64,000 bases of DNA, from the NCBI GenBank assembly GCA_963733295.1, contig CAVTCS010000003.1, positions 2,432,001 to 2,496,000 of the forward strand, given 5' to 3'. Positions 22,077 through 33,424 of this stretch are shown here, piece after piece. This DNA is from Vulcanimicrobiota bacterium (GTDB taxonomy: Bacteria; Vulcanimicrobiota; Vulcanimicrobiia; Vulcanimicrobiales; Vulcanimicrobiaceae). Position numbers and translations under genes: made by a program. Positions within the stretch are counted from its first letter, which is position 1. Every line of letters begins with the position of its first letter. The notes under the pieces were generated by a model, which saw only the letters and a program-made list of their open reading frames with translations, was not told the DNA's origin and made no database searches.

Positions 22077-22520
22077 CTAGCTAATACCGGCCCCGCTTAA
22101 CGCGGCGCCGTCGAAGCCGGCGGCGGTCCACAGCGTCTTGACCGTGTTTACATCGCCGACGACGGTGACGAGCTGGCGCAGTCGATCGAGATCGGCTTTC
22201 CGGTCGGTGTCCATAAGCGGAATCTCGGACTTCTGCGCCGCGTCGGCCTGAAGGCTTGCCAGCGTATCGGGATCCAGCTTGGCCGAGACCCACGCGTTCG
22301 TGTCGAGGATGACGGCGTAGAGCGCCTCTTCGGGCGTCGTGTCACGCCAGTCGCGGTCGTCGGTCACGATCGGGAACGCCACGGAATTCCCGCCCTTGGA
22401 AATCACAAGCGAGTGGCCCGACGAGGCCTTTGCCAGCGTCAAGCCGGCGTTTCGGGCGGCTTCGCCAACGCGGGCGCAGGTCGTACGAAACTGCTGCATC
22501 GGATCGCTCGACATGCTCAT
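22077..22520 (-). CDS. hypothetical protein (147 aa)
   Basis: ATG at 22520 with strong GAGGAGG SD and high-GC codon style. No family recognised. Confidence 0.7.
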   Translation of the reverse strand: MSMSSDPMQQFRTTCARVGEAARNAGLTLAKASSGHSLVISKGGNSVAFPIVTDDRDWRDTTPEEALYAVILDTNAWVSAKLDPDTLASLQADAAQKSEIPLMDTDRKADLDRLRQLVTVVGDVNTVKTLWTAAGFDGAALSGAGIS

Positions 22521-22584
22521 ACCTCCTCGCTCTAAGACCAGGTAGTTTTTCTCGCTTGCCTGCTCCAACCCATGCGAGCGGCTC

Positions 22585-23841
22585 CTAGCGGCGCAGGATG
22601 AAGTCGAGTTTGTGACCCAGAGCTTCGAGGACGTGGGGCCAGAGGTAACGGTTGGCGGTCGCGTAACCGGCCTGACGCATCCGGTCGGTGGTTTGCTCGT
22701 CGCCGTAGATCGAACGCAGGTACTCGGCCAGTTCACGGCCGTCGACGGTGTCGACGACGAGCGAATTGACGAATGGCTCGGCGTAGTCTTCTCCCGTCGC
22801 CCCGCAGACCGGGATGCCTCCGACGGCCATCACCTCTAGGCCCACGAGGCCAAACGGCTCCTTGAGACTGTTCGCCAGTACGGCGTCGGCGGCGACGTAG
22901 AGCGCGTACAGGGTCGAGTCGGGAAGGAACGATTGCAGGTGGGCGACCTCGGCTTCGCACGCCTGCAGCGCAGCCGCGAGTGCCTCGGAATCGTCGCCGC
23001 TCGCCGTTATCGGCTCGACGCGAAGGCCGCGTTCCGCCGCGCGCGCGAAAACCGCGCCGGCGTAATGCTCGCGACCCCCGCGCACGATTAGCTGCGGCGC
23101 AAGACCGCTGTCACGCAGCTCCGCGACGGCGTCGATCGCCTGCATCCAATTCTTGTCGGGATCGAAGCGCCCGACTTTTACGAGCGCAGGCTTACCGCGC
23201 ATGGCTTTGCGGAAGCGCGTAACGAGATCGCGCGGTGGACCGTCGAGCAGCGCTTCGTCGATTCCGTTCGGGATGACCAGCGCCGAGATCCCCAATTGCG
23301 CGAGTTCGAATTTCATGTACCGGCTGACGGTCGTGATCGAGGCGGCTCGCTGGAGCGCCGTCCAGTCGATGCGGTTGAAGCCGTAGGTGTTGTTCGCGTT
23401 CCAGAGGATCGTCACCGAGTCGCGCATCCCGCGCGCGCGCAGCAGACGATCGAGCAGAATGGTCGCGTTCGCCGTCTGCCATTCTTCCGCCACTACGAGC
23501 ACCCGCTCCCCGGCGGCCATCGCCGGCGCGACGATCTCGTCCATCACGACAGCCGGCACGCTGAAAGTAAAGTCTTGAACCTTGCCTTCCTCGCCGTCGT
23601 ACACGTTGTGCGGATGATACGCCGAGATCCATTGACACCACCGGCGCAGCGTCACCCCGGGTGAGTAGGTCTCGCGCGCCGGGAGCTTCGGATCACCGAC
23701 AAAGAAGAGCTGCGTCTCCATTTCCGCTTCGCCAAGCGCACGTGCGAAAGCGCTCTCACGCGTCCCGAGCCCGCCGATCGACGAGTAACGATCGGGTCCC
23801 TCAAACGACAAGAGCACCGCGTGTTTGTGGCCGGCGATCAT
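22585..23841 (-). CDS. glycosyltransferase family 4 (GT-B)
   Basis: 'GGLGT' N-terminal loop, 'VIPNGID', 'VGRFDPDKN', 'EPFGLVGLEVM' (E-x7-E). Confidence 0.85.
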   Translation of the reverse strand: MIAGHKHAVLLSFEGPDRYSSIGGLGTRESAFARALGEAEMETQLFFVGDPKLPARETYSPGVTLRRWCQWISAYHPHNVYDGEEGKVQDFTFSVPAVVMDEIVAPAMAAGERVLVVAEEWQTANATILLDRLLRARGMRDSVTILWNANNTYGFNRIDWTALQRAASITTVSRYMKFELAQLGISALVIPNGIDEALLDGPPRDLVTRFRKAMRGKPALVKVGRFDPDKNWMQAIDAVAELRDSGLAPQLIVRGGREHYAGAVFARAAERGLRVEPITASGDDSEALAAALQACEAEVAHLQSFLPDSTLYALYVAADAVLANSLKEPFGLVGLEVMAVGGIPVCGATGEDYAEPFVNSLVVDTVDGRELAEYLRSIYGDEQTTDRMRQAGYATANRYLWPHVLEALGHKLDFILRR

Positions 23842-23944
23842 GACGGATGCCGCAACATGACGTTGGTAGTTATACCGTAAAAGACGACGACTTCGCCCCA
23901 AAAACGAAGCCCCGCCTTTGCGGGACTCCTAGGGAATTTGGTCT

Positions 23945-25375
23945 CTACGATTCGTTCGGGCGGTCCAAAACAGTCAGCTTCGACACCCTGTGCGCGAGCC
24001 AGGAATTCGGCCGGCGTTGCCCTTCGCGACGAGCATATTCGATGAAGCGAGGTTCGTTCTTGACGATCTCGGCGAGTTCGAGCGCAGCTCTCGCCGCATG
24101 CCACTGAAAACCTAGGGAGTCCCAAATATCGAAGGCTTTTCCGAGGAAGATCGACGCGCGTTCGTCCTGCTTTTCAGCGCGAAGCACGAGGCCTTCCGAA
24201 AACGCCTCGGTGGCTTGCCAGCGGCGGTCACTCGGTCCTAGCAAGTTGGGTGGCACCTTCGTTTTTATCCCCCGGTAGCGCTCCATCGCGCGGCGCGCTT
24301 TCGACGATCCACGCTCCGACAATGCTTGTGCCAGGAGTAGGAGGACAAACCGATCTTCACCGAGCGTAGCAGACCAATCGATCTGCGCGCTCAACCGTTC
24401 CGCATAATCCATCTCTTCGCGCGCCATTATCGCCTGATTCAATTCCCGAGCGAGCAACGCTCGATCGAGAGACGCCGCGAGTCGCAGAACGGGAGTCGGC
24501 GCAAATTCAGCCGCGGCACGCAGATCGCGCAGCGCTCCGATGTGGTCTCCTCGCATCGCTGATAGGAGTCCCAACGAGCGGAGTACCGTGAATCGGAAGC
24601 CGACGGTTTCCGAAGGCCACTCTCGTGTAAGGCGCTCGCGAAGCAACCCCGCCTCTGCGTCTAGGGCGAGGTCGCTGACGAGAACCGCTAGGTTCTGAAG
24701 TAAAAACAACTCATGGAATACGTCGGGAGTCTTTTCGTTTTCCAATTCTCCGAGGGCACGACAGACGAATGCGCTTTGCTCGTGAAAACGTTCGCGACGC
24801 GCTTCGATTATCCCCAAAGCCTCGAAGGCTCTTGCGCGGCTGTGACTCAAGGGGACAAAATAAGCCTCACCCGACTCAAAAGGATACGGCTCGATCGAAA
24901 GCACCCGGAAAGCGGATTCCTCCGCCTTCTCGTTCTCGCCTAAAGCAAACCAGCGAGAAGTTGCGTAGTAATCGAACTCAGCCTGTGTCGCGGCGCAGGC
25001 GGACGCCAAAGTGAAGACGCGCGCAGTGTCATAAGAACGCTCTGCCTCGTCGAAACGTCGGACCCGCATGAGCGCGGCTCCGCGCTGCATGTGAGCTTCT
25101 GCCAGGCTGCGGTGCGCCAGATCGGCATCGATGACTTCGAGGTGCGAAAGCGCCGCCTCGGGCTGGCCAAGACGAAGCAAGGCACGCGCCGACAAGGACC
25201 GTGCGGCTTGACTCGAGTTTCCATGCAACAAATCGACGCAGGCGCCCAAGCGTCCAAACCGATAAGCTTCGACGGCTTGCTCAAAAGGCTGAACGCGCGG
25301 CTGTAGCCGCACGACCCGACGATCCAGACCGTGACCTCCTCGTCGCGATGGTACGGCACGTACCAGCCATTCCAC
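23945..25375 (-). CDS. TPR-like helical-repeat protein without HTH (distant paralogue; start uncertain)
   Basis: Shares 'LRSLGLLSAMRGDHIGA', 'QIDW..EDRFVLL', 'DRR..SEGLV', 'AFDIWDSLG..ALELAEI', 'PNSWL' with the 15.4-22 kb genes. Confidence 0.8.
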   Translation of the reverse strand: MEWLVRAVPSRRGGHGLDRRVVRLQPRVQPFEQAVEAYRFGRLGACVDLLHGNSSQAARSLSARALLRLGQPEAALSHLEVIDADLAHRSLAEAHMQRGAALMRVRRFDEAERSYDTARVFTLASACAATQAEFDYYATSRWFALGENEKAEESAFRVLSIEPYPFESGEAYFVPLSHSRARAFEALGIIEARRERFHEQSAFVCRALGELENEKTPDVFHELFLLQNLAVLVSDLALDAEAGLLRERLTREWPSETVGFRFTVLRSLGLLSAMRGDHIGALRDLRAAAEFAPTPVLRLAASLDRALLARELNQAIMAREEMDYAERLSAQIDWSATLGEDRFVLLLLAQALSERGSSKARRAMERYRGIKTKVPPNLLGPSDRRWQATEAFSEGLVLRAEKQDERASIFLGKAFDIWDSLGFQWHAARAALELAEIVKNEPRFIEYARREGQRRPNSWLAHRVSKLTVLDRPNES

Positions 25376-25691
25376 CCTTATTCTATCGGAATGTGTGCTA
25401 GTCCAGCAAACCGCTTGTTATTTAATAGTCGGGGAAGCGCGCAACGCCAGGTGAGACGTGCTGGACAGCGCTCTGTGATGACAGGGAAGAGAATAACGAA
25501 AGGAAAACCGACAAAACGGCAGCCATTGTGATCTAGAACACCTTTCTGCTCGCCAGGGCGCGAGCATCTGCAGATAGGCCTAAGGTCTACCGATAACTTT
25601 AGGTCTTCACCTTGCGTCCAAGCGACCAGCACCTTGAGGCTTATGCCTCTCTCCTTCTGGGGCCGGGGTCGCGGGAAGAGCCCGAAAAACC

Positions 25692-28451
<2,760 letters not shown>

Positions 28452-28467
28452 AGCCGGGAACGCTTCG

Positions 28468-29664
28468 TTATTCGAGTGCGGCGTTCTTCTGCAGCGGGAC
28501 GCGTGCGACTTTTGGATTACCCGAACTCGTGCCCGTAACCGCGAGCGCGACGTTGCCCGCAAGCAAGTCGTGCAAGGCACCGGCGACGAGTTCGACGCGC
28601 CAGGAGCTCGCCTCGAGAGCGCGCGCGATTTCCTCGACCGTCGCGGGGAGTTCCCGCGCCACGCGCTCGAGCCCGGCGCGCGGCATGAGGAGCCCGGCGG
28701 GAAGGTCGTTCTCGGTTGCGATCGCGTTGACCAGAACGCCGAGGCACGCGACGACGGCGTCGCGTTCGATGCCGGGCGGCCGAAACGGTTTGCGCGGCAG
28801 GTCGCGGTCGTCGAGAGCAAGACCCGCCGCCACGGCGGCCACGATGCGATCGCCGTAGGCTTTGCGGCTGCCGCCATCGAGCCGGCGGAGCTGCGCGAGG
28901 TCGTCGCGCTTTTGGGGGCGCAGCGAAACGATCCCCGCCATCACGTCGTCGGGAATGATGTACTTCAACGGAACGTCGCGTTCGCGTGCGAGTTGGTCGC
29001 GCAAATGCGCGAGCTCGCGCAGGACGCCGAGCTCGCGCCGGTTCATACGCATCGCTCCGGGAATGCGCAAATACAGGCGCTCGGGATCCGGCACGTAGCG
29101 CGCTGCGTCGACGAGGGCTTGGGCGTCTTCCTCAAACCACGCGAGACGGCCGTGTTGCACGAGCCGCGCGGTGAGCGCGTCTTGCAGCGCGAATAGGTGG
29201 CGAACGTCGTCGACGAGATATTCGATCTGCTGATCGGAAAGCGGACGCGAGCTCCAATCGCTGACGGTCTGCGATTTACGCAGCCTCACGCCGGCGATGT
29301 CGTGGACGAGTTCGGCCAGCGAGATCGAAAGGCCGTAGCCGCAGAACGCCGCCGCGAGCTGCGTGTCGAACGCGGCGGCGGGCAACACGCCGAACCGGTC
29401 GGCGAAGATCTTGAGATCGCTCTGCAGGGCGTGCCCGACGATCGTCCGCTTCGACAGCGCGGCCGCGAGCGGCTGGAGGTCGCGAACGCGCAGCGGATCG
29501 ACGATCGCGACTTCGTCGCCGACGACGAGCTGCACCACCATCAGGCGTGCGGCATACGATTTCTCATTGTGAAATTCGGTGTCGAGCGCGACGCGCTGGA
29601 CGCTCTCGATCCGCTCGCAGAGCGCGGCCAGGTCCGCGGCATCTTCGATCAACACGGTCGTCAT
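28468..29664 (-). CDS. rnd: ribonuclease D (DEDDy exonuclease plus HRDC)
   Basis: 'ALDTEF', '[11 protein letters not shown]', '[16 protein letters not shown]', HRDC '[11 protein letters not shown]'. Confidence 0.9.
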   Translation of the reverse strand: MTTVLIEDAADLAALCERIESVQRVALDTEFHNEKSYAARLMVVQLVVGDEVAIVDPLRVRDLQPLAAALSKRTIVGHALQSDLKIFADRFGVLPAAAFDTQLAAAFCGYGLSISLAELVHDIAGVRLRKSQTVSDWSSRPLSDQQIEYLVDDVRHLFALQDALTARLVQHGRLAWFEEDAQALVDAARYVPDPERLYLRIPGAMRMNRRELGVLRELAHLRDQLARERDVPLKYIIPDDVMAGIVSLRPQKRDDLAQLRRLDGGSRKAYGDRIVAAVAAGLALDDRDLPRKPFRPPGIERDAVVACLGVLVNAIATENDLPAGLLMPRAGLERVARELPATVEEIARALEASSWRVELVAGALHDLLAGNVALAVTGTSSGNPKVARVPLQKNAALE

Positions 29665-30317
29665 CGCGGCGGGCTCGCCTTCGGTCTTGGGTGGAAGATG
29701 TTGTGAAAGCCGTCCTGAAAGTGCATGTGGGGCATGTGCATGTGCGGGCGGTGCTCGTGTAAGTACTCGTGAACCGCGGCCGAAGCGCGGTCGCCGAAGA
29801 CGGCGAGAACGGTGCAGATCGGAATCGCGATCGCGCACATCGTCCAAACGTGAACGAACATCGGCACGCGAAAGGCTGCGGCGATCTGCGTCGCCATCGT
29901 CCCGCCCAGGCCCGGGATGACTCGCAATGCAAGCAAGAAACGCGGCGAGCCGACCGGAAAGCGGCGCACCCAAGGTGGCAGGCGCTCGATGTTCTTCTCG
30001 AGCTCGAGGAGGTGCGACGTACGGCGAGCAAGCGCGTATCCCGCGAGCGCCGCAAACACGAGGCCGACAGCGTTGACGAGCGAACCGTAAACCGGTCCGA
30101 AAATCACACCGTTCATGATCGCGAGCGCATCCGTCACCGAGAACGGGGCCGAGGCTACGACGGTGAAGATCAAGATAGCGAGGGGGTACGCAACGAAAGG
30201 TCCGACGGTTCCGAGCATCGCCTCGATCGCAGTCTTGTGCCGGATGACGAGGGCAGCCAGAACGAACGAGCTCGTAAGGACAAGAGCCGCCTCGGCGCGA
30301 CGCCAAACAGGGCTCAC
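29661..30317 (-). CDS. VTT/TVP38 (DedA superfamily) membrane protein with His-rich C-terminus
   Basis: Multi-TM with 'GVIFGPVYG', 'GYALAR', 'LALRVIPG'. GTG at 30317. Confidence 0.75.
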   Translation of the reverse strand: MSPVWRRAEAALVLTSSFVLAALVIRHKTAIEAMLGTVGPFVAYPLAILIFTVVASAPFSVTDALAIMNGVIFGPVYGSLVNAVGLVFAALAGYALARRTSHLLELEKNIERLPPWVRRFPVGSPRFLLALRVIPGLGGTMATQIAAAFRVPMFVHVWTMCAIAIPICTVLAVFGDRASAAVHEYLHEHRPHMHMPHMHFQDGFHNIFHPRPKASPPR

Positions 30318-30320
30318 GCG

Positions 30321-30707
30321 GTGATCTTCCAAGCCACGATCGTACTGCTTTGCGGCGTGGGCTTGTATGCCTCCGCCTTCATGTACCGAAAGGCCCGTCT
30401 CGCGCAACGCCACCAGCTCCAAGAGCCCAGCGTGGTCGACTCGCCGCGCGCGCGCGTGGCCGGCGGCATTTCCAACGCCGCCATCGGAATCGTATACTAC
30501 GTCATCGTCGCAGCGACCGTCCCGTTCTTCGAAAGCCAAGCGGTCTGGGACGCGGTTTTCCTCGCGACGCTCGCAGCGGCCGGCTTCTCCCTCTACCTCG
30601 CCTACAGCCTGGTTGCGGTCACGCGCATGCCCTGCGTCTATTGCTGGACGAGCCATTTCATCAACTGGTTGCTGCCGCTGCTGTTGATCGCCGCGCATTC
30701 CTCGTGA
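30321..30707 (+). CDS. vitamin K epoxide reductase (VKOR) family protein
   Basis: 4 TM helices, 'VVDSPRAR..GGISNAAIGIVYY', C-terminal 'CVYCWTSH' (CxxC). Confidence 0.8.
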   Translation: MIFQATIVLLCGVGLYASAFMYRKARLAQRHQLQEPSVVDSPRARVAGGISNAAIGIVYYVIVAATVPFFESQAVWDAVFLATLAAAGFSLYLAYSLVAVTRMPCVYCWTSHFINWLLPLLLIAAHSS

Positions 30708-31450
30708 CCGGGGACTCCAACGGTAAGAAGGTGCCGCGTCCCGCGGCGACCGTCATGCTCGTGCGCGAGGAGGCGCGGGGGCTCGCCGTCTATATGGCGC
30801 GGCGCAGCAGCCAGAGCAGCTTCGTACCCGACGCTTACGTCTTTCCCGGCGGCGGCGTCGACGCGGCCGATCGCGCGCCGGAACTCCTCGCGCGCCTCAT
30901 CGTTCCGGCCGCGCCACCCGGACCCGAATTTGCGATAGCGGCGCTGCGCGAACTCTTCGAGGAAGCGGGCATCTTGATCGCGAGCGACGCTGCCGGACGG
31001 CGCTCGGTCTTCGATGCTGCGCGGCTCGCCGCGCTTCGAGCCGAGCGAACCGCCGGCGTACCGTTTGCCGCGCTGCTCGAGCGCGAGGAGCTGTATCTCG
31101 ATACGCGCGACTTGATCCACTATTCGAACTGGATCACGCCGCAGAGCGAACCCCTGCGTTTCGACGTGCATTTCTACCTCGCGGCGGCTCCGCTCGATCA
31201 AGTCGCCTCGGTCGATGCGATCGAAGTGCACGACGGCGGCTGGTTTGCCCCCGATGAGGCACTCGAGCGCGCCGAACGCGGCGAGTTGACGATCATCTTC
31301 CCGACCCGCAAACATCTCGAACGTCTGGCCGGTTTCGCGACGCTCGACGCGCTGCTGGCGCACGCGCGCGCGCGCGCGGTTGCGCCGATCATGCCGTACC
31401 AACGCGACGACGGAGAATTCGACTTTCCTCCCGGAGACGACAGGTGGTAG
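30704..31450 (+). CDS. NUDIX hydrolase (NUDT19-like)
   Basis: 'PRPAATVML', 'VFPGGGVD..D', 'ALRELFEEAG', 'WITP...RFD..FY'. GTGA overlap. Confidence 0.85.
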   Translation: MTGDSNGKKVPRPAATVMLVREEARGLAVYMARRSSQSSFVPDAYVFPGGGVDAADRAPELLARLIVPAAPPGPEFAIAALRELFEEAGILIASDAAGRRSVFDAARLAALRAERTAGVPFAALLEREELYLDTRDLIHYSNWITPQSEPLRFDVHFYLAAAPLDQVASVDAIEVHDGGWFAPDEALERAERGELTIIFPTRKHLERLAGFATLDALLAHARARAVAPIMPYQRDDGEFDFPPGDDRW

Positions 31451-32373
31451 AATCCACGCGCGTCACGCGGATCCTCGCACCCAATCCCTCGCCGATGACC
31501 CTCGAGGGGACGAACACGTATCTCATCGATGCGGGCGACGGCAGCGCGGTCATCATCGATCCCGGTCCGGCGAACGCGCAACACCTCGCCGCGATTGCCG
31601 CGGAAGCCGGCGAACGCGGCCTGAAGATCGTCGCAATCCTCGTCACGCACGGACATCCCGATCACGCGCCTGGCGCCGCGCCGCTCGCGTTGCGCACGGG
31701 CGTCCCGGTCTACGCGCACGCGAGCGCGCGCTTTCCACACGACCGGCGGCTGGATGAGGGCTCCCACCTGACGGTTGGGAAGGTCACGCTGCGCGCGATC
31801 GATGCTCCGGGACACGCGCGCGATCACCTCGTCTTCTACCTCGAGAAAGAGGCCGCGCTGTTCACGGGCGACGTCGTGATCGGAAGGGGCACCGTCGTGA
31901 TCGCTCCGCCCAACGGCGACATGCGCGCGTACCAAGCGACGCTGCGGCGTCTGCGCGACGAGTTCCCGAGCGCCCGCCGCATCTACGGCGGGCACGGGGC
32001 CGCGATCGACGATCCGCGCGCGAAACTCGACGAGTACATCGCTCATCGTCAAGCCCGCGAAGCCGCATTGCTCGCCGCGCTCGGCGCAGGCCCCCAAACG
32101 ATTCCCGAGCTGGTGGCGCGCTTGTACGTCGACGTGGCACCGCTGCTCTGGCCGGCAGCCTCGCGCCAAATCCTCGCTTACTTGATCGCCCTCGAACGCG
32201 AAGGCCGCGTGCGCGCGCGCGAGCTCCCACGATCGCCGAACGCGGCGGAGCGCGCCTTGCTCGCACCCGACCTCTCGAAACTGGCCGATCCCGAATCTGC
32301 GGCTGTGGCCGCCGCCGAGCTCGGCTTCGACGCGGCGCCCGTCTCGATCGCGGCCTACGAACTCACGCGTTAG
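31444..32373 (+). CDS. MBL-fold metallo-hydrolase (LACTB2-like)
   Basis: 'LAPNPSPMTLEGTNTY', 'THGHPDH', 'PGHARDH', 'TGD', 'GGHG'. Confidence 0.88.
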   Translation: MVESTRVTRILAPNPSPMTLEGTNTYLIDAGDGSAVIIDPGPANAQHLAAIAAEAGERGLKIVAILVTHGHPDHAPGAAPLALRTGVPVYAHASARFPHDRRLDEGSHLTVGKVTLRAIDAPGHARDHLVFYLEKEAALFTGDVVIGRGTVVIAPPNGDMRAYQATLRRLRDEFPSARRIYGGHGAAIDDPRAKLDEYIAHRQAREAALLAALGAGPQTIPELVARLYVDVAPLLWPAASRQILAYLIALEREGRVRARELPRSPNAAERALLAPDLSKLADPESAAVAAAELGFDAAPVSIAAYELTR

Positions 32374-33377
32374 GAAACCGCGAGCACGACCTTACCGAAT
32401 TGCTCGCTCGATGCCAGCCGCTGCGCGGCGGCTGCAGCCTCGTTCAGTGGAAACACCTTGTCGACCACCGGGCGCAGACCGCCCTCGAACAGCGTCAGCA
32501 TGCCGGCGAAATCGCTCGGACTGCCCATCGACGTTCCGAGGATCGTCAGATGCTTCCAAAAGATCGAAAACGGCCGGATCTTCGCGTCGCCGGCGGTTCC
32601 GCCGTACACGACGACCCGCGCTTCGTGCCGCGCGATATCCAAGCAACGCGAAAACGTCTCGCCTCCGGTCGAGTCGATGATGAGTGAAGGGCCGCCGCCG
32701 CCCGCCGCATTGCGCGCTTCCTTGTGCCAATCGGGATTGGTCTTGTAGTTGATTCCCACGCCGGCGCCGAGCGCTTTCGCGCGCGCCAGCTTTTCGTCGC
32801 TGCCCGAAGTCACGATGGTGCGCGCACCGGCGTGCACGGCATAGAGCAATGCAAAGGTTTGCACGCCGCCCCCGATGCCGGTAATCAGCACGACGTCGTC
32901 CTTGCGAATTTGCCCGCGCGTGAACACGGCGCGGTACGCGGTCTCGCCGGCGAGCGGAATCGCCGCGGCCTCATCTTCGCTCAGCGCTGCCGGCTTCTTG
33001 TGAACGTTGCTTGCCGGCACGACCACGTACTCCGCAAACGTCCCGTCCAGAGGCATTCCGAGCACGCTGGCGCCCTTGTGCGCATGTCCGAGCGAGTCGC
33101 TCCATCCGATCTCCGGGTCGATCACCACCGCCGTTCCGATCGCCGGACCCGTCACGCCCGCGCCGAGCGCCGCCACGACGCCGGTCCCGTCGGAACCGAG
33201 CGTCTTCGGCAGTTCGATTCCCGGATACAACCCCTGCGTGATGAACACGTCGCGCCGGTTGAGCGCCGCGCGCGAAATTTTCACGACGATTTGCCCCGGT
33301 CCCGCGACCGGGTCGGCAATCTCCTCGACGTGCAGCTTCTCCGGACCACCAAGCTCGTTGAGCCGTACAGCTTTCAT
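32370..33377 (-). CDS. MDR-family NAD(P)H quinone oxidoreductase / zinc-binding dehydrogenase-like
   Basis: 'ALNRRD', 'LGSDGTG', 'TGIGGGV', 'QFGKVVL'. Confidence 0.85.
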   Translation of the reverse strand: MKAVRLNELGGPEKLHVEEIADPVAGPGQIVVKISRAALNRRDVFITQGLYPGIELPKTLGSDGTGVVAALGAGVTGPAIGTAVVIDPEIGWSDSLGHAHKGASVLGMPLDGTFAEYVVVPASNVHKKPAALSEDEAAAIPLAGETAYRAVFTRGQIRKDDVVLITGIGGGVQTFALLYAVHAGARTIVTSGSDEKLARAKALGAGVGINYKTNPDWHKEARNAAGGGGPSLIIDSTGGETFSRCLDIARHEARVVVYGGTAGDAKIRPFSIFWKHLTILGTSMGSPSDFAGMLTLFEGGLRPVVDKVFPLNEAAAAAQRLASSEQFGKVVLAVS

Positions 33378-33424
33378 GAAAACTGCGCTTAAGCGGCGAG
33401 AACCGGAAGTCCCGGCCGCGCCTG

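Noticed and set aside
25376..25691. AT-richer intergenic stretch with weak inverted repeats and small ORFs
   Set aside because: No recognisable RNA family, terminator U-tract or peptide features. Probably the promoter region of the TPR gene.
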